DNA from: Macrostomum lignano
Lineage: Eukaryota
DNA: 64,000 nucleotides
Direction: 5' to 3'
NCBI GenBank assembly: GCA_002269645.1
Contig: NIVC01001317.1
Coordinates: forward strand, 186,001-250,000
The position numbers and the translations under genes are program-made. Position 1 is the first letter of the stretch. The number at the start of each line of letters is the position of its first letter. Shown here one piece after another: positions 48,922-62,929 of the stretch. Under the pieces are notes generated by a model. That model was not told the DNA's origin and did no database searches. It saw only the letters and a program-made list of their open reading frames with translations.

Positions 48922-51324
48922 ATGTCATCTGGGCCATAGACACCTGTGTGCTTACCTGTGATCTGAAGTCTCATCTGGGCCATAGACACCTGTGTGCTTA
49001 CCTGTGATCTGAAGTCTCATCTGGGCCATAGACACCTGTGTGCTTACCTGTGTTCTGAATGTCTCATCTGGGCCATAGACACCTGTGTGCTTACCTGTGT
49101 TCTGAATGTCTCATCTGGGCCATAGACACCTGTGTGCTTACCTGTGTTCTGAATGTCTCATCTGGGCCATAGACACCTGTGTGCTTACCTGTGTTCTGAA
49201 TGTCTCATCTGGGCCATAGACACCTGTGTGCTTACCTGTGTTCTGAATGTCTCATCTGGGCCATAGACACCTGTGTGCTTACCTGTGTTCTGAATGTCTC
49301 ATCTGGGCCATAGACACCTGTGTGCTTACCTGTGTTCTGAATGTCTCATCTGGGCCATAGACACCTGTGTGCTTACCTGTGTTCAGAATGTCTCATCTGG
49401 GCCATAGACACCTGTGTGCTTACCTGTGTTCAGAATGTCTCATCTGGGCCATAGACACCTGTGTGCTTACCTGTGTTCTGAATGTCTCATCTGGGTCATA
49501 GACACCTGTGTGCTTACCTGTGATCTGAAGTCTCATCTGGGCCATAGACACCTGTGTGCTTACCTGTGTTCTGAATGTCTCATCTGGGCCATAGACACCT
49601 GTGTGCTTACCTGTGTTCTGAATGTCTCATCTGGGCCATAGACACCTGTGTGCTTACCTGTGTTCTGAATGTCTCATCTGGGCCATAGACACCTGTGTGC
49701 TTACCTGTGTTCTGAATGTCTCATCTGGGCCATAGACACCTGTGTGCTTACCTGTGTTCTGAATGTCTCATCTGGGCCATAGACACCTGTGTGCTTGCCT
49801 GTGTTCTGAATGTCTCATCTGGGCCATAGACACCTGTGTGCTTACCTGTGTTCAGAATGTCTCATCTGGGCCATAGACACCTGTGTGCTTACCTGTGTTC
49901 TGAATGTCTCATCTGGGCCATAGACACCTGTGTGCTTACCTGTGTTCAGAATGTCTCATCTGGGCCATAGACACCTGTGTGCTTACCTGTGTTCTGAATG
50001 TCTCATCTGGGCCATAGACACCTGTGTGCTTACCTGTGTTCTGAATGTCTCATCTGGGCCATAGACACCTGTGTGCTTACCTGTGTTCAGAATGTCTCAT
50101 CTGGGTCATAGACACCTGTGTGCTTACCTGTGTTCTGAATGTCTCATCTGGGCCATAGACACCTGTGTGCTTACCTGTGTTCTGAATGTCTCATCTGGGC
50201 CATAGACACCTGTGTGCTTGCCTGTGTTCTGAATGTCTCATCTGGGCCATAGACACCTGTGTGCTTACCTGTGTTCTGAATGTCTCATCTGGGCCATAGA
50301 CACCTGTGTGCTTACCTGTGTTCTGAATGTCTCATCTGGGCCATAGACACCTGTGTGCTTACCTGTGTTCTGAATGTCTCATCTGGGCCATAGACACCTG
50401 TGTGCTTACCTGTGTTCAGAATGTCTCATCTGGGTCATTGACACCTGTGTGCTTACCTGTGTTCTGAATGTCTTATCTGGGCCATAGACACCTGTGTGCT
50501 TACCTGTGTTCTGAATGTCTCATCTGGGCCATAGACACCTGTGTGCTTACCTGTGTTCTGAATGTCTCATCTGGGCCATAGACACCTGTGTGCTTACCTG
50601 TGTTCAGAATGTCTCATCTGGGCCATAGACACCTGTGTTCTTACCTGTGTTCTGAATGTCTCATCTGGGCCATAGACACCTGTGTGCTTACCTGTGTTCT
50701 GAATGTCTCATCTGGGCCATAGACACCTGTGTGCTTACCTGTGTTCTGAATGTCTCATCTGGGCCATAGACACCTGTGTGCTTACCTGTGTTCTGAATGT
50801 CTCATCTGGGCCATAGACACCTGTGTGCTTACCTGTGTTCTGAATGTCTCATCTGGGCCATAGACACCTGTGTGCTTACCTGTGTTCTGAATGTCTCATC
50901 TGGGCCATAGACACCTGTGTGCTTACCTGTGTTCTGAATGTCTCATCTGGGCCATAGACACCTGTGTGCTTACCTGTGTTCAGAATGTCTCATCTGGGCC
51001 ATAGACACCTGTGTGCTTACCTGTGTTCAGAATGTCTCATCTGGGCCATAGACACCTGTGTGCTTACCTGTGTTCTGAATGTCTCATCTGGGCCATAGAC
51101 ACCTGTGTGCTTACCTGTGTTCAGAATGTCTCATCTGGGCCATAGACACCTGTGTGCTTACCTGTGTTCTGAATGTCTCATCTGGGCCATAGACACCTGT
51201 GTGCTTACCTGTGTTCTGAATGTCTCATCTGGGCCATAGACACCTGTGTGCTTATCTGTGTTCTGAATGTCTCATCTGGGCCATAGACACCTGTGTGCTT
51301 ACCTGTGTTCTGAATGTCATCTGG
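48917..51324. repeat. 47-bp satellite (TCTGAATGTCTCATCTGGGCCATAGACACCTGTGTGCTTACCTGTGT)n, ~51 copies, starting on the TNFAIP8 stop codon
   Basis: Highly homogeneous units read directly. Confidence 0.97.
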
Positions 51325-51659
51325 CCATCGAAACAGACTTGGACTCGAAATCACTGTCTAAATTACTAATAAACCAAACAATAATTCTTGCTATTCTGTA
51401 GAACATAAAAGCATTAGTACATCATTTTCCTCCTCTTTGCACGCTGGTGCGTTTTCAAACTTGTCTGCAGTATAAACCTACTGTAAGCCATGAGCAGGTA
51501 TCTTCCGAAACTTGAAATTTTTCAATAAAAATGTCACTTTACTCACTTGCGCTGCACTGGGCCGATTCGCCTCTGTTTTCGATATTAATTTACTGGAACG
51601 GTCTGAAACAACTACTTGGAAAGTAGTGTATAATGCCAAGCCACGCTAATACTGTTGTA

Positions 51660-53485
51660 TTCCAGGTAATGTTGCTAGATTGTATTCCTTCACCAAAGGT
51701 GATGTTGGCTAGATTAGCAATCCATTCTATTCCTTCACCAAAGGTGATGTTGGCTAGATTAGCAATCCATTCTATTCCTTCACCAAAGGTGATGTTAGCT
51801 AGATTAGCAATCCATTCTATTCCTTCACCAAAGGTGATGTTGGCTAGATTAGCAATCCATTCTATTCCTTCACCAAAGGTGATGTTGGCTAGATTAGCAA
51901 TCCATTCTATTCCTTCACCAAAGGTGATGTTAGCTAGATTAGCAATCCATTCTATTCCTTCACCAAAGGTGATGTTAGCTAGATTAGCAATCCATTGTAT
52001 TCCTTCACCAAAGGTGATGTTGGCTAGATTAGCAATCCATTCTATTCCTTCACCAAAGGTGATGTTAGCTAGATTAGCAATCCATTGTATTCCTTCATCA
52101 AAGGTGATGTTAGCTAGATTAGCAACCCATTCTATTCCTTCACCAAAGGTGATGTTGGCTAGATTAGCAATCCATTGTATTCCTTCACCAAAGGTGATGT
52201 TAGCTAGATTAGCAATCCATTCTATTCCTTCACCAAAGGTGATGTTAGCTAGATTAGCAATCCATTCTATTCCTTCACCAAAGGTGATGTTAGCTAGATT
52301 AGCAACCCATTGTATTCCTTCACCAAAGGTGATGTTAGCTAGATTAGCAATCCATTCTATTCCTTCACCAAAGGTGATGTTAGCTAGATTAGCAACCCAT
52401 TGTATTCCTTCACCAAAGGTGATGTTAGCTAGATTAGCAATCCATTCTATTCCTTCACCAAAGGTGATGTTAGCTAGATTAGCAATCCATTCTATTCCTT
52501 CACCAAAGGTGATGTTAGCTAGATTAGCAACCCATTGTATTCCTTCACCAAAGGTGATGTTAGCTAGATTAGCAATCCATTGTATTCCTTCACCAAAGGT
52601 GATGTTAGCTAGATTAGCAATCCATTCTATTCCTTCACCAAAGGTGATGTTAGCTAGATTAGCAATCCATTCTATTCCTTCACCAAAGGTGATGTTAGCT
52701 AGATTAGCAATCCATTCTATTCCTTCACCAAAGGTGATGTTAGCTAGATTAGCAATCCATTCTATTCCTTCACCAAAGGTGATGTTAGCTAGATTAGCAA
52801 TCCATTCTATTCCTTCACCAAAGGTGATGTTAGCTAGATTAGCAATCCATTCTATTCCTTCACCAAAGGTGATGTTGGCTAGATTAGCAATCCATTCTAT
52901 TCCTTCACCAAAGGTGATGTTAGCTAGATTAGCAATCCATTCTATTCCTTCACCAAAGGTGATGTTAGCTAGATTAGCAATCCATTGTATTCCTTCACCA
53001 AAGGTGATGTTAGCTAGATTAGCAATCCATTGTATTCCTTCACCAAAGGTGATGTTAGCTAGATTAGCAATCCATTCTATTCCTTCACCAAAGGTGATGT
53101 TAGCTAGATTAGCAATCCATTCTATTCCTTCACCAAAGGTGATGTTAGCTAGATTAGCAATCCATTCTATTCCTTCACCAAAGGTGATGTTAGCTAGATT
53201 AGCAATCCATTCTATTCCTTCACCAAATTAGGTGATGTTAGCTAGATTAGCAACCCATTGTATTCCTTCACCAAAGGTGATGTTAGCTAGATTAGCAATC
53301 CATTCTATTCCTTCACCAAAGGTGATGTTAGCTAGATTAGCAATCCATTCTATTCCTTCACCAAATTAGGTGATGTTAGCTAGATTAGCAACCCATTGTA
53401 TTCCTTCACCAAAGGTGATGTTAGCTAGATTAGCAATCCATTCTATTCCTTCATCAGTGATGTTGGGCAGATTAGCAATCTATTT
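51660..53485. repeat. 45-bp satellite (TATTCCTTCACCAAAGGTGATGTTAGCTAGATTAGCAATCCATTC)n, ~40 copies
   Basis: Homogeneous units; the stop-free frame (HSIPSPKVMLARLAI)n is an artefact. Confidence 0.97.
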
Positions 53486-53949
53486 TATATATATGTATTA
53501 CAATTTAGACCAATTCTAAATTATATTCCATCATTCCTGATAATCAGAGAACTGTGTTATAGGTAAGCTCCCTGGGAGGCAGTGCTGACCCCAGGCCTGA
53601 GAGCATTAAAGCATTGACCTTGTTCGAAATTTTCCTACTCCAGATTTTTACTACGGACTGAGAGAAGGAAAGTTATAGATAAGTGATGCAGCGCTGAGAC
53701 TTGGTGGTGAAAATTTGGCTTTCGGGAGTCGAAGTGATTACCATAAGTGCCTCTCCTCGCTCCCATTTGCCCCTGTCGCTTGCGCAGCTTCAATAATCAA
53801 TGCGGCAGACAAGAGCCACTACCAGTTCCTCCTCCCGTTCTTGCTAGTGCTAAATAACTTCACTGCGTAAGCTGCAGTCGGCCAGAGAGTGACAGAATAA
53901 CAATTACCGGTCTGGTTAGTGACACCGCGTGGAGTTCACATTCGTAACT

Positions 53950-54788
<839 letters not shown>

Positions 54789-55203
54789 AGTTAGATGTAG
54801 ATAAAGCGCTGCCGCCCCGCCCCTCTCAAGCGCTTTGTCTCTGACAGGCACTGCAGAAGCGACTCTGCATTGGCTGGGAACGCATCGATCGCCTGAACTG
54901 GAGCCCAGAAGTGGAAGTTCAAACTAAGAAATTTCTTCTGTACGACACCCCTGACTGCTGGCAATAGCAATCTTCAAGAAGAATTTGAGCACCTCTTCTC
55001 GGCGACACTTCAGCCAATCTGCCAGCTCTATTCTAGAAATTCTTCCTAAAAATAGAAGCTACATTCCTTTTCAGCTTATCAGCTTATCCTTATCCTCTGG
55101 CCAATCTCGGGCACTCCTCCCCGACTAAACATTGCATTGTTTCTCGCGGTTTCTGCAGTTTCCAGGAACAGAAAAACTCTTCAAGAAGCAGACGGCAAAA
55201 GCG

Positions 55204-55824
55204 ATGGATTGGCAGCAGCAGAACGCGCCTACTGCTTCCGTGGACGCCTCAACGGCTCTGAGCGGCAGGTACAAGCCGCCGCCAATCAAACTGCTGGCGC
55301 AGAGGTCAAAGTTCACCGAGCGAGAGCTGCGCCTGCTCTACCGCGGCTTCAAGCAGGACTGCCCGAGTGGCGTGGTTCGCGAGGAGCACGTGACCGCCAT
55401 CTTCGCCCAGCTGTTCCCGTTCGGCAATCCGGCTGCGTTCGCCAGGATCGTCTTCAACTGGCTGGACATTGACAAGCGCCAGGCCCTGCCGTTCCACCAG
55501 TACGTGATGTGGCTGTCCCAGCTGGCCAGGGGCGGCGTGCAGGACAAACTGGCGTGGATCTTCCGCCTCTACGACGTCGACAGGGACGGCACGCTGAGCC
55601 GGGAGGAGATCGGGCAGTTCCTGGCCGCGGTGTACGACCTCCTGGGCAGTCGGGCTGCCCGACGGGTTGACTCAGCGCGAAGCGTACAGGAGCACGCGGC
55701 CCACGTGTTCCAGCTGATGGACCCCGACGGCAAGGGAGCCGTGACCTGCGAGGACTTCCTGCGCTACTGTCGAAGCTCGCCGGAGATTATGAAGGGCCTG
55801 GAGGTGTTTGACACCTGCTGGTGA
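55204..55824 (+). CDS. KCNIP: KChIP-like neuronal calcium sensor (EF-hand) protein, 206 aa, uninterrupted CDS
   Basis: RY.P..I..L...SKFTERELRLLYRGFKQDCPSG, FAQLFPFG, RGGVQDKLAWIFRLYDVDRDG.LSREE and EHAAHVFQLMD..GKG.VT.EDFL..C...EIMKGL.VF all follow the KChIP/NCS pattern; the first ATG is 55204 (the ORF track starts at an upstream TTG). Confidence 0.92.
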   Translation: MDWQQQNAPTASVDASTALSGRYKPPPIKLLAQRSKFTERELRLLYRGFKQDCPSGVVREEHVTAIFAQLFPFGNPAAFARIVFNWLDIDKRQALPFHQYVMWLSQLARGGVQDKLAWIFRLYDVDRDGTLSREEIGQFLAAVYDLLGSRAARRVDSARSVQEHAAHVFQLMDPDGKGAVTCEDFLRYCRSSPEIMKGLEVFDTCW

Positions 55825-55920
55825 ACCTGCTGCGACCGTGGCAGCGACTGCGCTGCACTCTGTGACAGTGCGTCCGCGGTGTACTTTTCTCTGTAAATAT
55901 TCCGGGAATCGGTTGTCCGG

Positions 55921-56370
<450 letters not shown>

Positions 56371-57029
56371 CGGCACCACTTCGATTAGGTGTACCTTTTC
56401 TTTAAACTTCAGCTGTCACAGTGAAAATATGTAAAAATATTTTGCAGGTTCAACATTAACTTCTAGTATTATGTGTTTGTGAATACCTCACGCCAGTGTA
56501 CTGACTCATTTCACAAAAGGACAAATTTTCCGTGATTTTATAAAGGCTTTTAAATAAATAATTTATAAATCTGAAAATTTAAGACAAATAAATACGAGCT
56601 GACTAACAAATGCATCTGAGCATTGATATGACTGTCTGATATGAGTGCGCTTCATCACGAGCCGCAGCGTCCCGAAATTTATACTTTCATCAGCTCAAAA
56701 GAAGGCTTCCCTTTGCCGATATACGACCGGATCCGGTAATTAGCATTCGGCCTCTCTCCAGGAAGACTCGAAAGTGCCTTCCCTGAGTTCCTTATTGATA
56801 AACTAACTAGATAGCGCTGCCTAAATTAATAAGTAAAATGATACTGAAAGGGGAGAGCAGGTGAGCTGCTTCATCAGATCCCAGTTCTCAACTGGATCAT
56901 CGGCAAAAATATTGAGACTGAAAGTGGCGAGCGTTGACGGATGTAGCGAGATGGGGCCTGCCTGACCCAGATTGCTGACGCCTGCTGGGGACGCCTGGCC
57001 TGGATGAGGCTGTTGATGACTGTGCGTCA

Positions 57030-57985
57030 CTGTGCGACCGTGACCGTGATTGTAACTGTATGACCGAGAATGTATGACCGAGAATGTATGACCGTTACTG
57101 TATGACCGTGAATGTATGACCGTGAATGTATGACCGTTACTGTATGACCGAGAATGTATGACCGAGAATGTATGACCGTTACTGTATGACCGAGAATGTA
57201 TGACCGTGAATGTATGACCGTGAATGTATGACCGTGAATGTATGACCGTGAATGTATGACCATTACTGTATGACCGAGAATGTATGACCGTGAATGTATG
57301 ACCGTTACTGTATGACCGTGAATGTATGACCGAGAATGTATGACCGAGAATGTATGACCGTGAATGTATGGACGTTACTGTATGACCGAGAATGTATGAC
57401 CGAGAATGTATGACCGTGAATGTATGACCGTTACTGTATGACCGAGAATGTATGACCGTTACTGTATGACCGAGAATGTATGACCGTGAATGTATGACCG
57501 TTAGTGTATGACCGTGAATGTATGACCGTTACTGTATGACCGAGAATGTATGACCGTGAATTTATGACCGTTACTGTATGACCGAGAATGTATGACCGTG
57601 AATGTATGACCGTGAATGTATGACCGTGAATGTATGACCGTTACTGTATGACCGAGAATGTATGACTGTGAATGTATGACCGTTACTATCGGACCATGAC
57701 TGTATGACCATGACTGACCATGAATTTATGACCGTGATTGTATGACCATGAATTTATGACCGTGATTGTATGACCATGACTTAGTGAACATGACTTAATG
57801 ACCGTGACTATATGACCAAGGCTGAATGAACATGACTGTATGATCATGATTGGATGAACGTGACCGTGACCGACCGTGACTGTATGACCGTGGCTGTATG
57901 ACCATGATTGCATAATTGTACCTGTGAATGAATGACTCTGCCTGTGACTGTTTGACTGACCGTGACTGTGTGACCGTGTCTGCGT
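57030..57985. repeat. 14-bp minisatellite (GTATGACCGAGAAT / GTATGACCGTTACT / GTATGACCGTGAAT)n, degenerating rightwards
   Basis: Three interleaved 14-bp variants over ~650 bp, then diverged copies. Confidence 0.93.
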
Positions 57986-58114
57986 CTGTGACCGCAGATT
58001 CAAAACTCTAGCAGACATTTAAACTGAGACTAAACCGTCTATAAAATGTGCATTACGCTTAAATGCCTACTGGCTACTGCTAGTAGAGAATCTCAAAAAT
58101 AACCGTCCGATTTT

Positions 58115-58400
58115 TTGCATATCTAAATATACTAAATCTCTAAGGTTTGTATGCTTGAATGAATTCCTTCCTTTTTATAATCTAAATATACTAAATCTCT
58201 AAGGTTTGTTTGTATGTTTGTCCATAATTTAATACTAAAGTTGGTGCGATGTTTGTCTGTCTGTATGTTGCAATTTTTCTCCTAGACTACTTGCAACTCA
58301 GCGTTGAAACTTATGTGGGTAAACTGCAAATTTTCCCGGTTGGGTTTATAGCTATTTTAATCTTTTATTTTCACAGTTTAAGATCCCTAAAAAAGCAGAA
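58115..58400 (+). mobile_element. Possible Helitron-like (rolling-circle) non-autonomous 5' end remnants
   Basis: Two copies of A|TCTAAATATACTAAATCTCTAAGGTTTGT, followed by TTTG/TCTG microsatellite-like runs and TTTCTCCTAGACTACT...GAAACTT...GGGTTTATAG. The resemblance to metazoan Helitron 5' ends is from memory, not a search. Confidence 0.3.
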
Positions 58401-59236
58401 ATAATAAAACAATAGGGAATATGATCCACCTTGCGCAACTCTTAGTGATTGCGCCACAACAGCTGGCCTATCTGTGTAGTGTATTCTTTTAGCTGAAGGG
58501 GTGTAACTGGGCCAGTTGGCATCAATTTTTAGTGATTACGCCACAACTTTCTCCTATCTCGGCAGTGTATTTTCTCTCCAATGGGGGAATGGGGGCGTTC
58601 TCAGTGGCTGCGTGTGTACAATCGGACCCTAGCTCACTGGCTGATTGTATAGACAATTGCGCAACGATATGTTTTCTGATTTTCAATAGGCAGCCCTGTG
58701 TATTTGTTGGACACTATGTATTTGTTGGACAGTAAAATTTAATGAATAAACTTGCGAGCCTCCCACTGCTGCAGGCAGTGAACGTACACTCGATAGTTCA
58801 ATTCCTTAAAACGGGAAATTTCAAAGCCAAACTGTTCCTCGAGTTTTAAACTTTAAGAGAAGAGACTTATATTGCTGGAAAGAGGTTGCAACGCTGAGTT
58901 AGGGGATATAAGTTGTTTGCTCTAAATGTGAAAATTAAAAGCACAGCATTCGAAAAGCGATTTCAATACTTTTAACTTTTTGCAAAGATTGTACTCCATT
59001 TCGGGGGTTCAATGAGGGTTTGACAGACCCCCAACAGTGGGGGGGGGGGTTCAATTTCTAGCTGCACTGCGTATTCGAAGGGGTTCGGTCGCTGTGTATT
59101 GAAGGGTTGATTTAGATTGCGCAGTTTTTTTGTTAACTTTAACCGAGGCTGATACTGACTGCCTGAGAAATAAGTTGCGCAATTTAATTGGTTCGATGTC
59201 TTTACGGCGCCTTTCAACACGCAGCTGTGTGTAGCT

Positions 59237-59260
59237 CTAACCCTAACCCTAACCATAACC
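59237..59260 (-). repeat. Short interstitial telomeric tract (CTAACC)3 + ATAACC
   Basis: Read directly. Confidence 0.7.
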
Positions 59261-60059
59261 AATGAATTCTGAGAGCTGGGTTCTGTTTGATGGAGAAAAT
59301 TCAATTGAGTCCAGTTACACGGAGAGAATTTTCGCGGAGAGGATTTTGATGGTGTTCAGTTTCACGGAGACGATTTCTGTTTCGCAGAGAGTTCAGGAAA
59401 TGGGATTCCGGTGATGGGAGTTCTTCCCCTTTCTTCTCCGAAGGAGGAGTTGGCCTCGTATATACTAAAAATGAGTTGTTTGTTTGTACGCAATCGATTA
59501 GAGAAAAAATGGCTGGACCGATTTTCTTCGAACTTGCACTGTTCGATCAGAAATTTTCCTGGGACGGTACATGCATCTTGGCTAAGAAATTGCTCCATGT
59601 TAAAGCGATTAAATATTCGAAAAACATGCTTTTTTGCAAAGGTCAAGCAAACTTTTCGACTTGAAATGCATTGTAAGAATACTAGAGAAAAAACTGACTG
59701 GTTGAATTCTGATTCTGAAATAGATTACATCATAACTGAATTGTAACTCCGACTTGAATTGAAAATGCAGTGTGGAAGCGTAGCACCAGACTTGATTTAA
59801 ATTGCGTAACCATATTGTTAACTGATACTGACTGACTGAGAAACTGATTATGTCATAACTGCTTCGTGTGATTTACTCTATGCTTGGATTTTAAAGTGTT
59901 GAATTATATAAGTGCAAAATTTGATGTTATCAAAACGATGAGAGCTAGCCTAGAGGTGAACAAACTGAACTGCCAAATGCAGCGACGATGGTTCGAATTT
60001 TCATAGAGTATAATTTTTTTAATTAAAGCTTTTCAACGTCAGGAAAACTAAAAGACTTT

Positions 60060-62880
60060 TTAAAAAGAAGCGTCATGTAAAAAATCATAGAAGTGTCATG
60101 TAAACAATCATAGAAGCGCCATGTAAAAAATCGTAAAAGCGTTATATAAAAATCATAGAAGCGTCATGTAAACAATCATAGAAGCGTCATGTATACAATC
60201 ATAGAAGCGTCATGTAAACAATCATAGAAGCGTCATGTAAAAAATCATAGAAGCGTCATGAAAAAATCATAGAAGCGTCATGTAAAAAATCATAGAAGCG
60301 TCATGTAAACAATCATAGAATCGCCATGTAAAAATCGTAAAAGCGTTATATAAAAATCATGGTAGTGTAATGTAAAAAATCATAGAAGCGTCATGTAAAC
60401 AATCATAGAAGCGTCATGTAAAAAAATCATAGAAGCGTCATGAAAAAATCATAGAAGCGTCATGTAAACAATCATAGAAGCGTCATGCAAACAATCATAG
60501 AAGCGTCATGTAAAAGTCAAAAAAGCGTCATAAAAAATCATAGAAGCGTCATGAAAAAATCATGGAAGCGTCATGAAAAAATAATAAAAGCGTCATGTAA
60601 TAATCATAGAAGCGTCATGCAAAAATCATAGAAGCGTCATGAAAAAATCATAGAAGCGTCATGTAAAAATCATAGAAGCGTCATGCAAACAATCATAGTA
60701 GCGTCATGTAAAAATCATAGAAGCGTCATGCAAACAATCATAGTAGCGTCATTTAAAAAATCATAGAAGCGTCATGTAAACAATCATAGAAGCGTCATGT
60801 AAAAGTCAAAATAGCGTCATAAAAAATCATAGAAGCGTCATAAAAAATCATCGAAGTGACATGAAAAAATCATAGAAGCGTAATGTAAAAAATCATAGAA
60901 GCGTCATGAAAAAATCATAGAAGTGTCATGTAAAAATCATAGAAGCGTCATGTAAAAAATCATAGAAGCGTCATGTAAAAATCATAGAAGCGTCATGTAA
61001 AAAATCATAGAAGCGTCATGAAAAAAATCATAGAAGCGTCATGTAAAAAATCATAGAAGCGTCATGTAAACAATCATAGAATCGCCATGTAAAAATCGTA
61101 AAAGCGTTATATAAAAATCATGGAAGTGTAATGTAAAAAATCATAGAAGCGTCATGAAAAAATCATAGAAGCGTCATGTAAACAATCATAGTAGCGTCAT
61201 GTAAACAATCATAGAATCGCCATGTAAAAATTCATAGAAGCGTCATGCCAACAATCATAGAAGCGTCATGGTAAAATCATAGAAGCGTCATGTAAACAAT
61301 CATAGAAGCGTCATGCAAACAATCATAGAAGCGTCATGTAAAAGTCAAAAAAGCGTCATAAAAAATCATAGAAGCGTCATGAAAAAATCATGGAAGCGTC
61401 ATGAAAAAATAATAAAAGCGTAATGTAATAATCATAGAAGCGTCATGCAAAAATCATAGAAGCGTCATGAAAACAATCATAGTAGCGTCATTAAAAATCA
61501 TAGAAGCGTCATGCAAACAATCATAGAAGCGTCATGCAAACAGTCATAGAAGCGTCATAAAAAATCATAGAAGCGTCATAAAAAATCATCGAAGTGAAAT
61601 GAAAAAACCATTAATGCGTCATGTAAAAAATCATGGAAGCGTCATGCAAAAATCATAGAAGCGTCATGTAAAAATCATAGAAGCGTCATGTAAAAAATCA
61701 TAGAAGCGTCATGTAAACAATCATAGAAGCGTCATGTAAACAATCGTAGAAGCGTCATAAAAAAATCATAGAAGCGTCATGTAAAAATCATAGAAGCGTC
61801 ATGTAAACAATCATAGAAGCATCATGTAAACAATCATAGAAGCGTCATGCAAACAATCATAGAAGCGTCATGTAAAAAAGCATAAAAGCGTCATGTAAAA
61901 AATCATAGAAGCGTCATGTAAACAATCATAGAAGCGTCATGTAAAAATCATAGAAGCGTCATGTAAACAATCATAGAAGAGTCATGTAAACAATCATAGA
62001 AGCGTCATGTAAACAATCATAGAAGCGTCATGTAAAAAAATCATAGAAGCGTCATGTAAAAATCAAAGAAGCGTCATGTAAACAATCATAGAAGCGTCAT
62101 GTAAACAATCATAGAAGAGTCATGTAAACAATCATAGAAGCGTCATGTAAAAAATCATAGAAGCGTCATGTAAACAATCATAGAAGCGTCATGTAAACAA
62201 TCATAGAAGCGTCATAAAAATATCATAGAAGCGTCATGTAAAAATCATAGAAGCGTCATGTAAACAATCATAGAAGCATCATGTAAACAATCATAGAAGC
62301 GTCATGCAAACAATCATAGAAGCGTCATGTAAAAAAAGCATAAAAGCGTCATGTAAAAAATCATAGAAGCGTCATGTAAACAATCATAGAAGCGTCATGT
62401 AAAAATCATAGAAGCGTCATGTAAACAATCATAAAAGAGTCATGTAAACAATCATAGAAGCGTCATGTAAACAATCATAGAAGCGTCATGTAAAAAAATC
62501 ATAGAAGCGTCATGTAAAAATCAAAGAAGCGTCATGTAAACAATCATAGAAGCGTCATGTAAACAATCATAGAAGAGTCATGTAAACAATCATAGAAGCG
62601 TCATGTAAACAAGCATAGAAGCGTCATGTAAACAAGCATAGAAGCGTCATGTAAAAAATCATAAAAGCGTCATTTAAAAAATCATAGTTGCGTCATGTAA
62701 AAATCATAGAAGCGTCATGCAAACAATAATAGAAGCGTCATGGTAAAATCATAGAAGCGTCATGCAAACAATCATAGAAGCCTCATATAAAAACTAATGA
62801 AAGTGTCATTTAAAAAATTAAGAAGAATAATGGAAGAATAAAAGAAGCGTCATGTAAAAATCAAAAGAAGCGCCATGTCA
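60060..62880. repeat. 22-23 bp AT-rich satellite (GAAGCGTCATGTAAACAATCATA)n, ~120 units
   Basis: Recurrent variant blocks (e.g. CGCCATGTAAAAA(A)TCGTAAAAGCGTTATATAAAAATCAT near 60117, 60321 and 61082) indicate higher-order duplication. Confidence 0.96.
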
Positions 62881-62929
62881 GACATGAAAGGTGTCATATA
62901 AAAATTAAATGAAGCTATAGTACAGTGCT

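Noticed and set aside
51633-53231. 532-aa ORF of 15-aa repeats with an ATG start
   Set aside because: It lies wholly in the 45-bp satellite; a unit length divisible by 3 explains the open frame.
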